Source: an uncultured Thermoplasmatales archaeon
Lineage (GTDB): Archaea; Thermoplasmatota; E2; DHVEG-1
Length of the DNA stretch: 64,000 nucleotides
Direction of reading: 5' to 3'
NCBI GenBank assembly: GCA_964638175.1
Contig: CAZWZY010000006.1
Location: 12,386-76,385 of the forward strand
In this document: positions 32,060-43,361 of the stretch, one piece after another
How the letters are laid out: each line of letters opens with the position of its first letter
Numbering within the stretch: the first letter of the stretch is position 1
Notes under the pieces: model-generated
Told to the model about the DNA's origin: nothing
Database searches by the model: none
What the model saw: only the letters and a program-made list of their open reading frames with translations
Translations under genes and position numbers: made by a program

Positions 32060-32576
32060 TATCATTAACTAGCGAATTCTGATGTTAGTTAGGATATCCT
32101 ACACCCCACTATTTCATCCTTTAGAATTACCGGTATAACCTGAACCTCAAGGTAGAACCCAGCGGACGGCGATCCAGACCCTGTTTTTCTCCCGCCAGAC
32201 AATATTTTTTGTAGAGACGGACTCGTACCTCAGGTGAAATTTAGTGGGCAGTGCTTGGGGAACAGTTTTTTTCATATGTAAAATCTATTTTTTAAAAGCT
32301 GATTTTTTCATTTACAAATTAAAAAAAGTAAGAAAAGAGAAGAAGGTTTAGTTTTTAGTACTTATTTAGTTGTCATAGTAGAACAAGTTGTAGACCGAGT
32401 GGTTGTATCTCTTGGCTTAGTGTTTGGTTGCTGCTGTTATGAGATTAATACCATCGATCGAAACACCGTAACAGATGCGTATTTGGCAAGAAAGCAGCAT
32501 CTTTGAATATAACTAGTAGAAAAGATGAAAACGATAATTTAATCAATACATTCTCATATGTCTGGCTCAGGTTTTT

Positions 32577-32825
32577 ATGTATGAGGCACAAGTAACCATT
32601 GGGCTGAAAAAAGGGGTTTCAGATCCCGAGGGGGCAAACACACTGAAGGCACTCCATTTACTTGGTTTTACCGGCGTCAAAGAAGCAAAAACCGTTAGAA
32701 CTATTGATTTACTGATTGATGCACCAAGCGAGCGGGACGTCAAAAAACAAGTAGAACAGATGTGCCAACGATTACTCACCAATCCCGTTATTCATACCTA
32801 TGACATCAAAATACAAAAAAAGTAG
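32577..32825 (+). CDS. purS: Phosphoribosylformylglycinamidine synthase subunit PurS
   Basis: 82 aa. VTIGLKKGVSDPEGANTLKALHLLGF...VKEAKTVRTIDL is typical PurS, and the gene lies immediately upstream of purL. Confidence 0.85.
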   Translation: MYEAQVTIGLKKGVSDPEGANTLKALHLLGFTGVKEAKTVRTIDLLIDAPSERDVKKQVEQMCQRLLTNPVIHTYDIKIQKK

Positions 32826-32839
32826 GTGGGGAAAGCACG

Positions 32840-35194
32840 ATGGCTGTTGAAACGTTGCTAAAAAGGAAAACATCCGCTCCTGATGTCTATGAGGTTGATC
32901 TTCTCTCAACAACTGATACACAACTGAAAGAAATCAGTACAACTATGGGTCTCGCCCTTGCCCTTGAAGAGATGAAACGTATCAAGGACTATTTCCAGAA
33001 AAAAAATCGCTGTCCCACCGATATAGAGTTGCAAGCATTAGGCCAAGCATGGTCTGAGCATTGCTGCTATAAATCTTCAAGAATTCCCCTCAAACAACAC
33101 GTGTTTGGCATTGAAGAGCAGCGCATTGTTGCTCGAGAAGATGCCGGCGTCATTGAGTTTGACAAAAATCACTATTATTGTGCTGCCCTAGAATCGCATA
33201 ATCATCCCTCTGCCGTTGAGCCATACGGTGGCGCAGCAACAGGAGTAGGTGGCATTGTCCGAGATATTGTATGCATGGGAGCTCAACCAGTTGCCTATAT
33301 TGATCCACTGTTTTTTGGACCACTTGATCTTCCAGTAGACGAGGTACCCAAAGGAACAAAACATCCTCGCTTCTTATTTAAAGGAGTCGTCGACGGCATT
33401 CGAGATTATGGCAATCGTATTGGCATTCCCACTCTTTCTGGACAGGTGTACTTCCATCTAGGATACACAGGCAATTGTCTGGTCAATGTAGGCTGCCTTG
33501 GCATCATGAAAAAAGAAGAGTTGATTCACAGTCGCGCAAAAGCGCCCGGAAACGTCTATGTCTATGTTGGAGGAAAAACAGGAAGAGACGGCATTCATGG
33601 AGTAACCTTTGCATCCGCTGAACTTACTGACGACAGTGAAGAAAGTAGTAGATCAGCAGTACAAGTCGGCGATCCTATCACGAAAGAACCAGTCATCCAT
33701 GTCACCTTAGAATGCAATCGAAAAGGCCTGTTAGAAGGATTGAAAGATTTTGGCGGTGGCGGTTTATCTTGTGTCTGTGGTGAACTTGCCTATGATGCGG
33801 GATTTGGCGCCGAAATTCATTTAGATAATGTGCCCTTGAAAGAAGAAGGGCTTTCACCCTGGGAAATTTGGATATCAGAAAGCCAAGAGCGCATGATGTT
33901 TCTTGTGGATCCAGCAAATGTAGACAACGTGTTACATATCTGTAAACAATGGGATGTCACTGCTGCAGTTGTAGGTAAGGTCATCAAAGAACCGATTACT
34001 CGTGTATTTTTCAAAGGAGAAAAAATCCTTGAACTTGATATGAATTTTTTCACTGCTGGTCCCGTCTACAACACCTGCCAGCGACCATATGTACTCCCCC
34101 AACAAAAGGAAAGAGCCGATCCTGACTTCCCAGTGCCCAACCTCAACAACACACTGCAACAGTTGCTTGCGTCTCATAATATTGCATCAAAGGAGTGGGT
34201 CATCCGTCAGTACGACCATGAAGTGCGAGGAAATACAGTCATTAAACCGCTCCAAGGATCACTAGGCATGCAAACCCATGGTGATGCAACAGTAATCAAA
34301 CCATTAGAAGACTCCTTTCAGGGTCTTGCCGTAACGGCAAATATCAATCCTCGATTCATGGAGCGAGACCCCTATTGGGGTGCCTGTGCTGCCATTGATG
34401 AAACGTGCCGAAATCTGGTGGCTGTTGGTGCTCATCCTGACTCCGTGTGTGACTGTCTGAATTTTGGCAATCCTGAAAAGCCTGAAAAAATGGGAGAATT
34501 CTATGAAGCATGCCGAGGGCTTGGTGATGCCGCACGTGCAGTAAAACTCCCGTTTGTCTCTGGCAACGTCAGTTTCTATAATGAATCGGTAAAAACTGCA
34601 GTCCCCCCGACCCCCCAAATCATGGGGATAGGAATCGTTAAGGACATTAGAAAATGTGTAACCGCTGATCTCAAAGCAGAAGGGGACCCATTATATCTCG
34701 TTGGCAAAGAAACAAAAAAGGAACTTGGTGGATCTGAATACTATGCCCTGATGAAGGTCGACGGGGGAAACGTCCCTAAGACTGATTTTGCTCTGTTGAA
34801 AAACTGCATAAAGGGGCTCCTTGCAGTCATTGAACAGGGGCATCTTGCCTCATGTCATGACGTCAGCGAAGGAGGCATTGCCGTGTGTCTTGCGGAAATG
34901 GTGATGGGTGGCAATATTGGAGTTGCGGTTGATCTTACAGGAGTCGGAGATAATCTACGAACAGATATCAAACTCTTTTCTGAATCAAATACCAGATGGA
35001 TTGTTGAAGTCAAGAAAGAAAAACAAAACGAGTTTGAAGAACTACTCAAGAAAAACAATACGCCTTTCTTGAAATTCGGTGAAACAAAAGCAAAGAATCT
35101 TGTGATCAAAGATAGTGAAAAAACACTAGTTGACCTGAAAGTGAATGTTTTGAGAAATATATGGAAAAACGCCATCTGGAACATCATGGGTTAA
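32840..35194 (+). CDS. purL: Phosphoribosylformylglycinamidine synthase II (PurL)
   Basis: 784 aa. SEHCCYKSS, ESHNHPSAVEPYGGAATGVGGIVRD and WISESQERM are PurL hallmarks. Confidence 0.9.
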   Translation: MAVETLLKRKTSAPDVYEVDLLSTTDTQLKEISTTMGLALALEEMKRIKDYFQKKNRCPTDIELQALGQAWSEHCCYKSSRIPLKQHVFGIEEQRIVAREDAGVIEFDKNHYYCAALESHNHPSAVEPYGGAATGVGGIVRDIVCMGAQPVAYIDPLFFGPLDLPVDEVPKGTKHPRFLFKGVVDGIRDYGNRIGIPTLSGQVYFHLGYTGNCLVNVGCLGIMKKEELIHSRAKAPGNVYVYVGGKTGRDGIHGVTFASAELTDDSEESSRSAVQVGDPITKEPVIHVTLECNRKGLLEGLKDFGGGGLSCVCGELAYDAGFGAEIHLDNVPLKEEGLSPWEIWISESQERMMFLVDPANVDNVLHICKQWDVTAAVVGKVIKEPITRVFFKGEKILELDMNFFTAGPVYNTCQRPYVLPQQKERADPDFPVPNLNNTLQQLLASHNIASKEWVIRQYDHEVRGNTVIKPLQGSLGMQTHGDATVIKPLEDSFQGLAVTANINPRFMERDPYWGACAAIDETCRNLVAVGAHPDSVCDCLNFGNPEKPEKMGEFYEACRGLGDAARAVKLPFVSGNVSFYNESVKTAVPPTPQIMGIGIVKDIRKCVTADLKAEGDPLYLVGKETKKELGGSEYYALMKVDGGNVPKTDFALLKNCIKGLLAVIEQGHLASCHDVSEGGIAVCLAEMVMGGNIGVAVDLTGVGDNLRTDIKLFSESNTRWIVEVKKEKQNEFEELLKKNNTPFLKFGETKAKNLVIKDSEKTLVDLKVNVLRNIWKNAIWNIMG

Positions 35195-35308
35195 ACAGAA
35201 ATCTTAAAATGAGACTTACATGTTTGTATTGTTGTGATGAACGAACCCTTGCTGAACCTGGGAGGGTAATGATGAAGATCTTGAGTGCTGAAGAGTGCTG
35301 TGTTCGTT

Positions 35309-35370
35309 CTTTTTTATTTTTTATGTGTTAGGACAGGACATATGTCCCTACACACTTTTTTATTTTTTAT
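35309..35370 (+). terminator. Imperfect 31-nt palindrome (core GGACATATGTCC) flanked by two identical 16-nt T-rich repeats (CTTTTTTATTTTTTAT); candidate terminator downstream of purL
   Basis: The direct repeats are at 35309-35324 and 35355-35370. The palindrome GTGTTAGGACAGGACATATGTCCCTACACAC is at 35325-35355. T-tracts are the usual archaeal termination signal. Confidence 0.4.
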
Positions 35371-35499
35371 ATAGAGGGAAAGTTTTTAAGCAATGACGAA
35401 ATTAGGTGTAATTAATTTGTAATGCACTCGTAATTTATACAAGAGGATGGGAATAGTATGGTAATCTCCTTACCCACACAAGCATATTTTAAAAAAAAG

Positions 35500-37728
35500 A
35501 TGCGAGTTAGAAAAATCATTGGAACGCTAAGTATACTTTTCTTACTGGCACTAACGTCATTGGCCCCAATAACAATAGCAGCATCACCAACCGTAGAGAC
35601 AAGAGATGCGACAGGTGTACAAACATATAATGCTACCTTCAATGGATATCTCGCAACCAATGGAGGAGTAACTGCTACTTGCGGATTTCGCTATGGGACA
35701 CAGTCAGGGACATATGCAGAAAATATAACCATAGGGGCGCAGGTGAACGACTCCGATTTTGCCATCGGTTCCTGTGAAACGATGATTTCACATGAATCTG
35801 GAGAAGATGAAAACCTAATTAAGGGAAATGTTTGGTCATCTCAATCATTTACTCCAGAATATGGCATAAAAATAACTGGAGTTACTTTGCGATTTTTTGC
35901 TGATGATGTACCAACAGATGATTTCTATGTCAGTATACGTGCTACATCTGGCGGAAAACCGACAGGAAGCGATCTTGCGTTAGTAGTAGTAAATAAAAGT
36001 GTTATACCGTTGGATTCCGCTGCAACAACGTACATTCCATTTGAGACTACTGTTTTTCTAAGTAGCGGAACGAAATATGCTTTTGTGATGCGTTGTCCTG
36101 AATCTGACATTGCAGTTCGAGTGAACTACAATCATGGTTCTGGGACATATGCTGGTGGAAACAGATTGCATTCATCAAATAGTGGTAGCTCATGGGTAGA
36201 ATTTTCTGGCCATGATTATTGGTTTAAACTTGAAGGGACAAGACTCAATCTTAACCCCGGAGAAAGATATTACTACCAAGCATGGGCAAATAATTCAGAA
36301 GGGTTTTCAACAGGCGTTGAAAAGTCGCTATTAACAAAACCAGTAAAACCAACAGATTTTACCATTACTGCTCACAGTCCTACACAACTTGATCTTTCTT
36401 GGACAAAAGGATCAGGAGCAAACACTACCTATATCGTTCGGAAACAAGGTTCATATCCAAGCGACAGAAACGATGGAACTATTGTGTACAATAGCACGGG
36501 TACCAGTTTTAATGACAATGGAGTGAGTCCTGGCATTAGCTACAACTACAAAGCATGGTCCTATACAACATGGAGTAGTTTCGTCCAATGGTCTGAGAAT
36601 ACTGCTCAAGGAAACAAAACAACCGCAAAATCAGTTCCCACTGTCACCACGAATACAACAACAGCAATAACGACATCAGTAGCACAGTTGTGGGGGTATG
36701 TAGTAGAAGATGGTGGTGAAGCGTGTACTGTTCGATTTGAATACGGACTCAATACGAGTTATGGTACAAATACTACAAATCAAACAAAAACAAAAGGAGA
36801 CGCCTGTTCACAGAATCTCACGAATTTGCAACGAGGGCAACGATATCAATATCGGATATACGCAAATAATTCAATCGGGGCGACAGTAGGCAGTAATAAT
36901 GCCTTTGTTACAAGGCCTGCAGAACCAACCAATCTTTCTGTAAGTACCAAAGGAAGAAGAAGTATTACTCTTTCTTGGACAAAAGGATTATCTGCAAATA
37001 AAACGGTTATTGTGAGAAAAACAGATGGATACTCCCCGTCACCTGGCGAAGGGACTATTGTCTACAATGGAACAGGTACAAGTTATGTGGATGGTGGTCT
37101 AAGCCCATCAACAACCTATTACTATCGCGCCTGGGCATATGCAGTTTGGGGATCATTATACCAGCGTTCGATAGCATATGATGGTGTTTCTGAGACAACA
37201 GTTGCCAGTGCTACTGAAGAGCCTCCTAAAGCACATCTTGCTACTGATGCTTACACAAACGGCAGTAGTACCAACGAACAAGAAGAGGACTCTGAAGATT
37301 TTTTATTTGATGTATTGTTAGAAATACCTGACGATATTGTTGTAGAAGGTGATGCTGTCGAAACAATTATTACTCTTATCAATGTAGGCGAATCTGGAAT
37401 CGTAAATGGAACACTAGCACTTGCGGTGTTACAAGGAGAAGAAACACTATGGGAAGACGAGCAAACCGTATCGGTGTCTGGACAAAAGGCACTCAATGCC
37501 TCATTTCCTACAGCAAACCTTGCACCGGGAGTATATACCTACTCCGTGGTATTTACATATGGAGACGAGCAGACTGCAAGCGCACAAGGATCGTTTAGTA
37601 TTGAAGAAGAACCCACTATAACCCCAACAACGTCGTGGTTAATCCCAGGAGCAATTATTGGTGCCATAGTATTGATTGTACTTGTTGGCATTATTATTAG
37701 AGTAAAGAAAATCAACCACGATCGTTAA
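35500..37728 (+). CDS. Surface protein with FN3-like repeats, a CARDB-like domain and a C-terminal TM anchor
   Basis: The ORF track starts at 35458. ATG 35500 gives the signal peptide MRVRKIIGTLSILFLLALTSLAPITIAA. FN3-like segments: PVKPTDFTITAHSPTQLDLSWTKGSGANTTYIVRK and PAEPTNLSVSTKGRRSITLSWTKG. A CARDB-like segment follows (GDAVETIITLINVGESGIV...). The C-terminal anchor is WLIPGAIIGAIVLIVLVGIIIRVKK. Confidence 0.8.
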   Translation: MRVRKIIGTLSILFLLALTSLAPITIAASPTVETRDATGVQTYNATFNGYLATNGGVTATCGFRYGTQSGTYAENITIGAQVNDSDFAIGSCETMISHESGEDENLIKGNVWSSQSFTPEYGIKITGVTLRFFADDVPTDDFYVSIRATSGGKPTGSDLALVVVNKSVIPLDSAATTYIPFETTVFLSSGTKYAFVMRCPESDIAVRVNYNHGSGTYAGGNRLHSSNSGSSWVEFSGHDYWFKLEGTRLNLNPGERYYYQAWANNSEGFSTGVEKSLLTKPVKPTDFTITAHSPTQLDLSWTKGSGANTTYIVRKQGSYPSDRNDGTIVYNSTGTSFNDNGVSPGISYNYKAWSYTTWSSFVQWSENTAQGNKTTAKSVPTVTTNTTTAITTSVAQLWGYVVEDGGEACTVRFEYGLNTSYGTNTTNQTKTKGDACSQNLTNLQRGQRYQYRIYANNSIGATVGSNNAFVTRPAEPTNLSVSTKGRRSITLSWTKGLSANKTVIVRKTDGYSPSPGEGTIVYNGTGTSYVDGGLSPSTTYYYRAWAYAVWGSLYQRSIAYDGVSETTVASATEEPPKAHLATDAYTNGSSTNEQEEDSEDFLFDVLLEIPDDIVVEGDAVETIITLINVGESGIVNGTLALAVLQGEETLWEDEQTVSVSGQKALNASFPTANLAPGVYTYSVVFTYGDEQTASAQGSFSIEEEPTITPTTSWLIPGAIIGAIVLIVLVGIIIRVKKINHDR

Positions 37729-38182
37729 TAAAAGCACTCAATTGCTCTGCAACATGCTCCAAAAAGGCAGCATCGTTTTTGGTAAATGCAGCAGGGATAT
37801 CTGAGTCAATATCAATTTCACCGATAACTTTACCTTGTGAAAAAATAGGAACAACAATTTCTGATCGAGTTGACAAAAAACAAGAGAGGTATCGGGAATC
37901 ATTCTTGACATCGTCGACAATTTCGGTTTTTCCTGTTTTCGCTGCCGAACCACAAATGCCCTTACCAAGAGGGATAGTGCTATGCTCGGTGGCTTGTTTT
38001 CCCCTCCATGGACCAAGGATCAACTCACTACCCTTGACAAGATAAATACCTATCCATGAATATGCGCCAAACGTTTCGTAAAGAAAATCGACAACATCCT
38101 GTAAAACTGAAGAGGGATTGCTTTCCTCAATAATGCGAGAAATCTTTTGTTTTGCTTGTATATAATCCATTCGCCTCACCAC
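37712..38182 (-). CDS. GAF-domain protein (free methionine-R-sulfoxide reductase-like)
   Basis: WIGIYLVKGSELILGPWRGKQATEHSTIPLGKGICGSAAKTGKTEIVDDV...SEIVVPIF..GKVIGEIDIDS is a single-GAF, fRMsr-like pattern. Confidence 0.65.
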   Translation of the reverse strand: MVRRMDYIQAKQKISRIIEESNPSSVLQDVVDFLYETFGAYSWIGIYLVKGSELILGPWRGKQATEHSTIPLGKGICGSAAKTGKTEIVDDVKNDSRYLSCFLSTRSEIVVPIFSQGKVIGEIDIDSDIPAAFTKNDAAFLEHVAEQLSAFINDRG

Positions 38183-38187
38183 CCAGA

Positions 38188-39417
38188 CTAATAATCAACA
38201 AGACTCATTTGTGTATCCTTTGGCCTCATTGGCGTGAATGGAGATTTTCTTTCCTCGGGTAATTCAATGATTCCATATTCTCCCCCTCCGCCTGGACGAA
38301 TAATGACTCTATCTTCCCGGAATGCCTGAATGGCCTCTGTAATGGCAGGTGCTGTTAGCTGTGCAATATCTTCAAGAGGAGAATCAAGTAAAACGGTAAT
38401 TTCATTCCCAAACGCCTCTACCAATTCTGCCCATCGTCTAGTCACCGTTTGGGTGAAAGGAGTTCGTAACCCAAGCGCTTTGGCAATGATTTCTGCCAGG
38501 GGAATCAGATGAATATAAGGGGGGCGGTGATCAGGATGATGAGGCTCTGAAAAGGTTGCACGTTCGTGGATTCTGTCCTTTACTCCCTTTTTAATGCGTT
38601 TTCCACAGCTGCATTTCCATCGCCGTCGTTGTGCTTCGTCTAGCGTATAATGAGTGTAACATTTTATGCATGCGGTTTCATTATATTTTCCTTCCTGTGG
38701 AGGAAGACCTACGTTTAAGATAGGTTTGTTGCCGCCAACACGAAGGATGGCTTTTTTAATGTCATCAAATGTTGTATCCGTTACATCAAAACGGGTAAAT
38801 TCTCTTGCCAGACGAATAGGATGCGGACTATGACAATCGGAATTGGTAAGAAACGTTAATCGGTGGAGCTCCTCAATCGTGTCTGCATAATCAGAGTCGG
38901 CACTGAGTCCTAATTCCACAAACGACACATAATCGGCAAGATCACCATAACAGTCATTCAATGAATCGTAGTATGCATACAAGGCAGTCCACGGAGTGAA
39001 TGCATGACACGGGCCAATAATGGCATCAACATCTTTTGCAAGTGCCGCAAGTTCTTCGCCCGTTGCATCAACATTTGGTCTGCCGTCGTGTTCCAGATTT
39101 TTCGATTTCGGTCGAATGCGTTCCTTAAACTCTTCAGCAGCAGAAATACTAGGAAACAATAAGAGATGGTGAACGCGGCGTTGGTCTTCCACTTCTGTCG
39201 TCAGAACAAATCGAGTACCATGCAGTTCAAAGGTGCCGTCATCAATAGAGGTACATGTCTTGATTTCCTTCATCCATCCGCTGTGCAAGCAGTCACCGGT
39301 ACCCATCACCTGGATTCCTTTTCGTGGTGCCGCAAACGCAATATTTTCTATGGTCATCTTATTACTTGTGGCACCAGCAAATCTCGAGTGAATGTGTAAA
39401 TCAGCATTAACGATCAT
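38188..39417 (-). CDS. Endonuclease Q-like PHP-domain nuclease with zinc finger
   Basis: MIVNADLHIHSRF..., GTGDCLH, VEDQRRVHHLLLFP, IGPCHAFTPWTALY, LGLSADSD, SNSDCHSPHP, a CIKC...WKCSCGKRIKKGVKDRI zinc finger, RPPYIHLIPLAEII and PGGGGEYG match the Pyrococcus EndoQ layout as I remember it. Confidence 0.75.
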   Translation of the reverse strand: MIVNADLHIHSRFAGATSNKMTIENIAFAAPRKGIQVMGTGDCLHSGWMKEIKTCTSIDDGTFELHGTRFVLTTEVEDQRRVHHLLLFPSISAAEEFKERIRPKSKNLEHDGRPNVDATGEELAALAKDVDAIIGPCHAFTPWTALYAYYDSLNDCYGDLADYVSFVELGLSADSDYADTIEELHRLTFLTNSDCHSPHPIRLAREFTRFDVTDTTFDDIKKAILRVGGNKPILNVGLPPQEGKYNETACIKCYTHYTLDEAQRRRWKCSCGKRIKKGVKDRIHERATFSEPHHPDHRPPYIHLIPLAEIIAKALGLRTPFTQTVTRRWAELVEAFGNEITVLLDSPLEDIAQLTAPAITEAIQAFREDRVIIRPGGGGEYGIIELPEERKSPFTPMRPKDTQMSLVDY

Positions 39418-41240
39418 GAGGTATCATCGCTTTTCTTGTTGTTTTCCTCTTTAGCTGGTGTTGGTTCAGGTGCTTGTTCTTTTTGTGATTGTTCCTTAGC
39501 GTCTTTCTTCTGAGAAGATGATTCGCTTTTCTTTTCTTTTGGTGACTCTTTCATTTTTGGTTTAAAAAACGTTGTTTTAGCAGATATCTCTAGAACACCT
39601 GCAACGATAAATACAATACCTGATAGGAGCAGAAGCTGTCCCCCCAGACCAAGACCCCACTGCAGAGTGAGGGTACCATCCACTCCAGAGAGGGGAATAC
39701 TTTGTTGTCCTCCTAATGGGGAACTTGTAAACGCAAAGAGACTGCTTATTCCAGATGCTTCCGCTCCCATATCAGCCATAGTTCCTGAGATGAGGCTTCC
39801 TACGATCATGATAACGATAACGATAATAATTACAGGTATCAATAATTTAATACCGCGCCAGATATACTTTTTACCAAGTTTTTTACTTTCAATCAGCCCA
39901 ACTGATGCAATCACAAGAAACAGTAGACCAACACCCATAATCAACGAAAACGGAAGAGAAAACGAACCCATAGGAACAGGACCAGACGAGCCAGGAACGG
40001 TAAGTTGTATACCATTGATACCGTCAACATTAATCACATCGACCATGCTGGTTGTAGCATATTCTTCTACACCGTTTGTTCCAGTAAGTCCATATGAGAC
40101 TGAATACCATTGATTGAACAAGCCAAATACTGCAATAACGATGCCGATAAAACAAAGAATATTGCCGATACTTTTCAGATTCATCCCATCAATATACAAC
40201 ATCGAGGCGATTCGGGGGCCAAGACCAGTTGTCTTGTGACGTCGATAGATGCGATATACTTTGATTCCTAGAGAGATGAACGCAACTAACAAAAAGATTG
40301 GGACAAAATGATATAACAACCATTCAACGAGCAGCATGTTACTGTCTAATTGTCCTAGACTTGCACCCCATGAAAGGGGATCGTCCCACATCCAGTGCCC
40401 TCCTTCTGATCGGTACACCGGACCCTGCGGGCCAGCTTCACCAAGAAATGATGTTTCAGAGTTAGAACCACCATACCATCCCCAATGCCCAGAAAAATCC
40501 AACCAATTTTGAGACTCGAGGAGTTCAATGGAGTAGTCGCTGGGTTGCAATACTCTTCCATTGTTTCCTACATAATCATTGGCAACTCCTAGTTTACCTG
40601 AGTAATACCGGAAATAATTTGCATGGCTTCCTCGTGCAACATAGACATGAATATGGTCTCCGGTTCGTTCAACCTGATTCCAGGTTGTTTGTTGTCCGCT
40701 GTAGTGCTGACTATACATGACTCGCTCAGGGGTGCTTCCTGAAAGCACAATTTGAACCATTTCCCAGTCGCCTTCATGTTGATTGAGTTCCCCTTTATTA
40801 AAAGCGTAAAACATCCAATATTGAATAACAGTATACCCTCCATCTGAAGTAACACGAGCGTAGACCGTGTACCCTAATGTTGATAATTTACTCTGATAAT
40901 CAGTAATAATGCCTACATCATCAACCGTTCCTCGCTGGTTATCTAGGTAATAGTCATCAGAACTGTAAAAGGATAAATCTGTCTCAGAAGGAGTTTCACT
41001 TATCAGTTGAGCCTCGTCATCAATAATTTGAAACAAGTATGAGTTATCAATATGATAGGAAACATCAACAGGATAACAAGTCTCGTCTGCTTCAAAATAG
41101 AATATTGGTGCATATTGGCTTGCGATATCTTCATCTGCAGCAAGCCCTGTTGTTGACAGCAATGTTATTGTCAATAATCCTAAAACAAACACTATTGCTA
41201 GTTTCAAAAAGCGTCCTCTTCCTTTCCTTAATTTATTCAT
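39414..41240 (-). CDS. Membrane protein with an N-terminal Vps62/DUF946-like ectodomain, several TM helices and a Lys/Glu-rich tail
   Basis: Signal/TM at the N-terminus. YAPIFYFEADETCYPV, HEGDWEMVQIVL and YVARGSHANYF resemble Vps62-family motifs. There are four or more hydrophobic helices. The stop overlaps the EndoQ-like start (ATGA). Confidence 0.5.
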   Translation of the reverse strand: MNKLRKGRGRFLKLAIVFVLGLLTITLLSTTGLAADEDIASQYAPIFYFEADETCYPVDVSYHIDNSYLFQIIDDEAQLISETPSETDLSFYSSDDYYLDNQRGTVDDVGIITDYQSKLSTLGYTVYARVTSDGGYTVIQYWMFYAFNKGELNQHEGDWEMVQIVLSGSTPERVMYSQHYSGQQTTWNQVERTGDHIHVYVARGSHANYFRYYSGKLGVANDYVGNNGRVLQPSDYSIELLESQNWLDFSGHWGWYGGSNSETSFLGEAGPQGPVYRSEGGHWMWDDPLSWGASLGQLDSNMLLVEWLLYHFVPIFLLVAFISLGIKVYRIYRRHKTTGLGPRIASMLYIDGMNLKSIGNILCFIGIVIAVFGLFNQWYSVSYGLTGTNGVEEYATTSMVDVINVDGINGIQLTVPGSSGPVPMGSFSLPFSLIMGVGLLFLVIASVGLIESKKLGKKYIWRGIKLLIPVIIIVIVIMIVGSLISGTMADMGAEASGISSLFAFTSSPLGGQQSIPLSGVDGTLTLQWGLGLGGQLLLLSGIVFIVAGVLEISAKTTFFKPKMKESPKEKKSESSSQKKDAKEQSQKEQAPEPTPAKEENNKKSDDTS

Positions 41241-41433
41241 TATAACCTCCCCAAACGTGATATAGTAATAGCGTGTGTCATTTTTAATAGTTTTTTAAAA
41301 AATAACCCTATAATAGCAACCTTTATTAGGTAATATTCCATATGAAAAACACCCAAAAATGACCTGGGAGATGGGATACTACATTCCTGATAAAAATTAG
41401 CCGAATTAGCGTATGTTTTGAACGAGATGATAG

Positions 41434-43350
<1,917 letters not shown>

Positions 43351-43361
43351 GGTGATTGATC

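Noticed and set aside
32567-32782. Minus-strand 71-aa ORF
   Set aside because: It is antisense to the clearly recognisable purS gene.
35412-35660. Minus-strand 82-aa ORF overlapping the start of the 756-aa surface-protein gene
   Set aside because: It overlaps the promoter and signal-peptide region of a well-supported gene and has no motifs. It is likely spurious.
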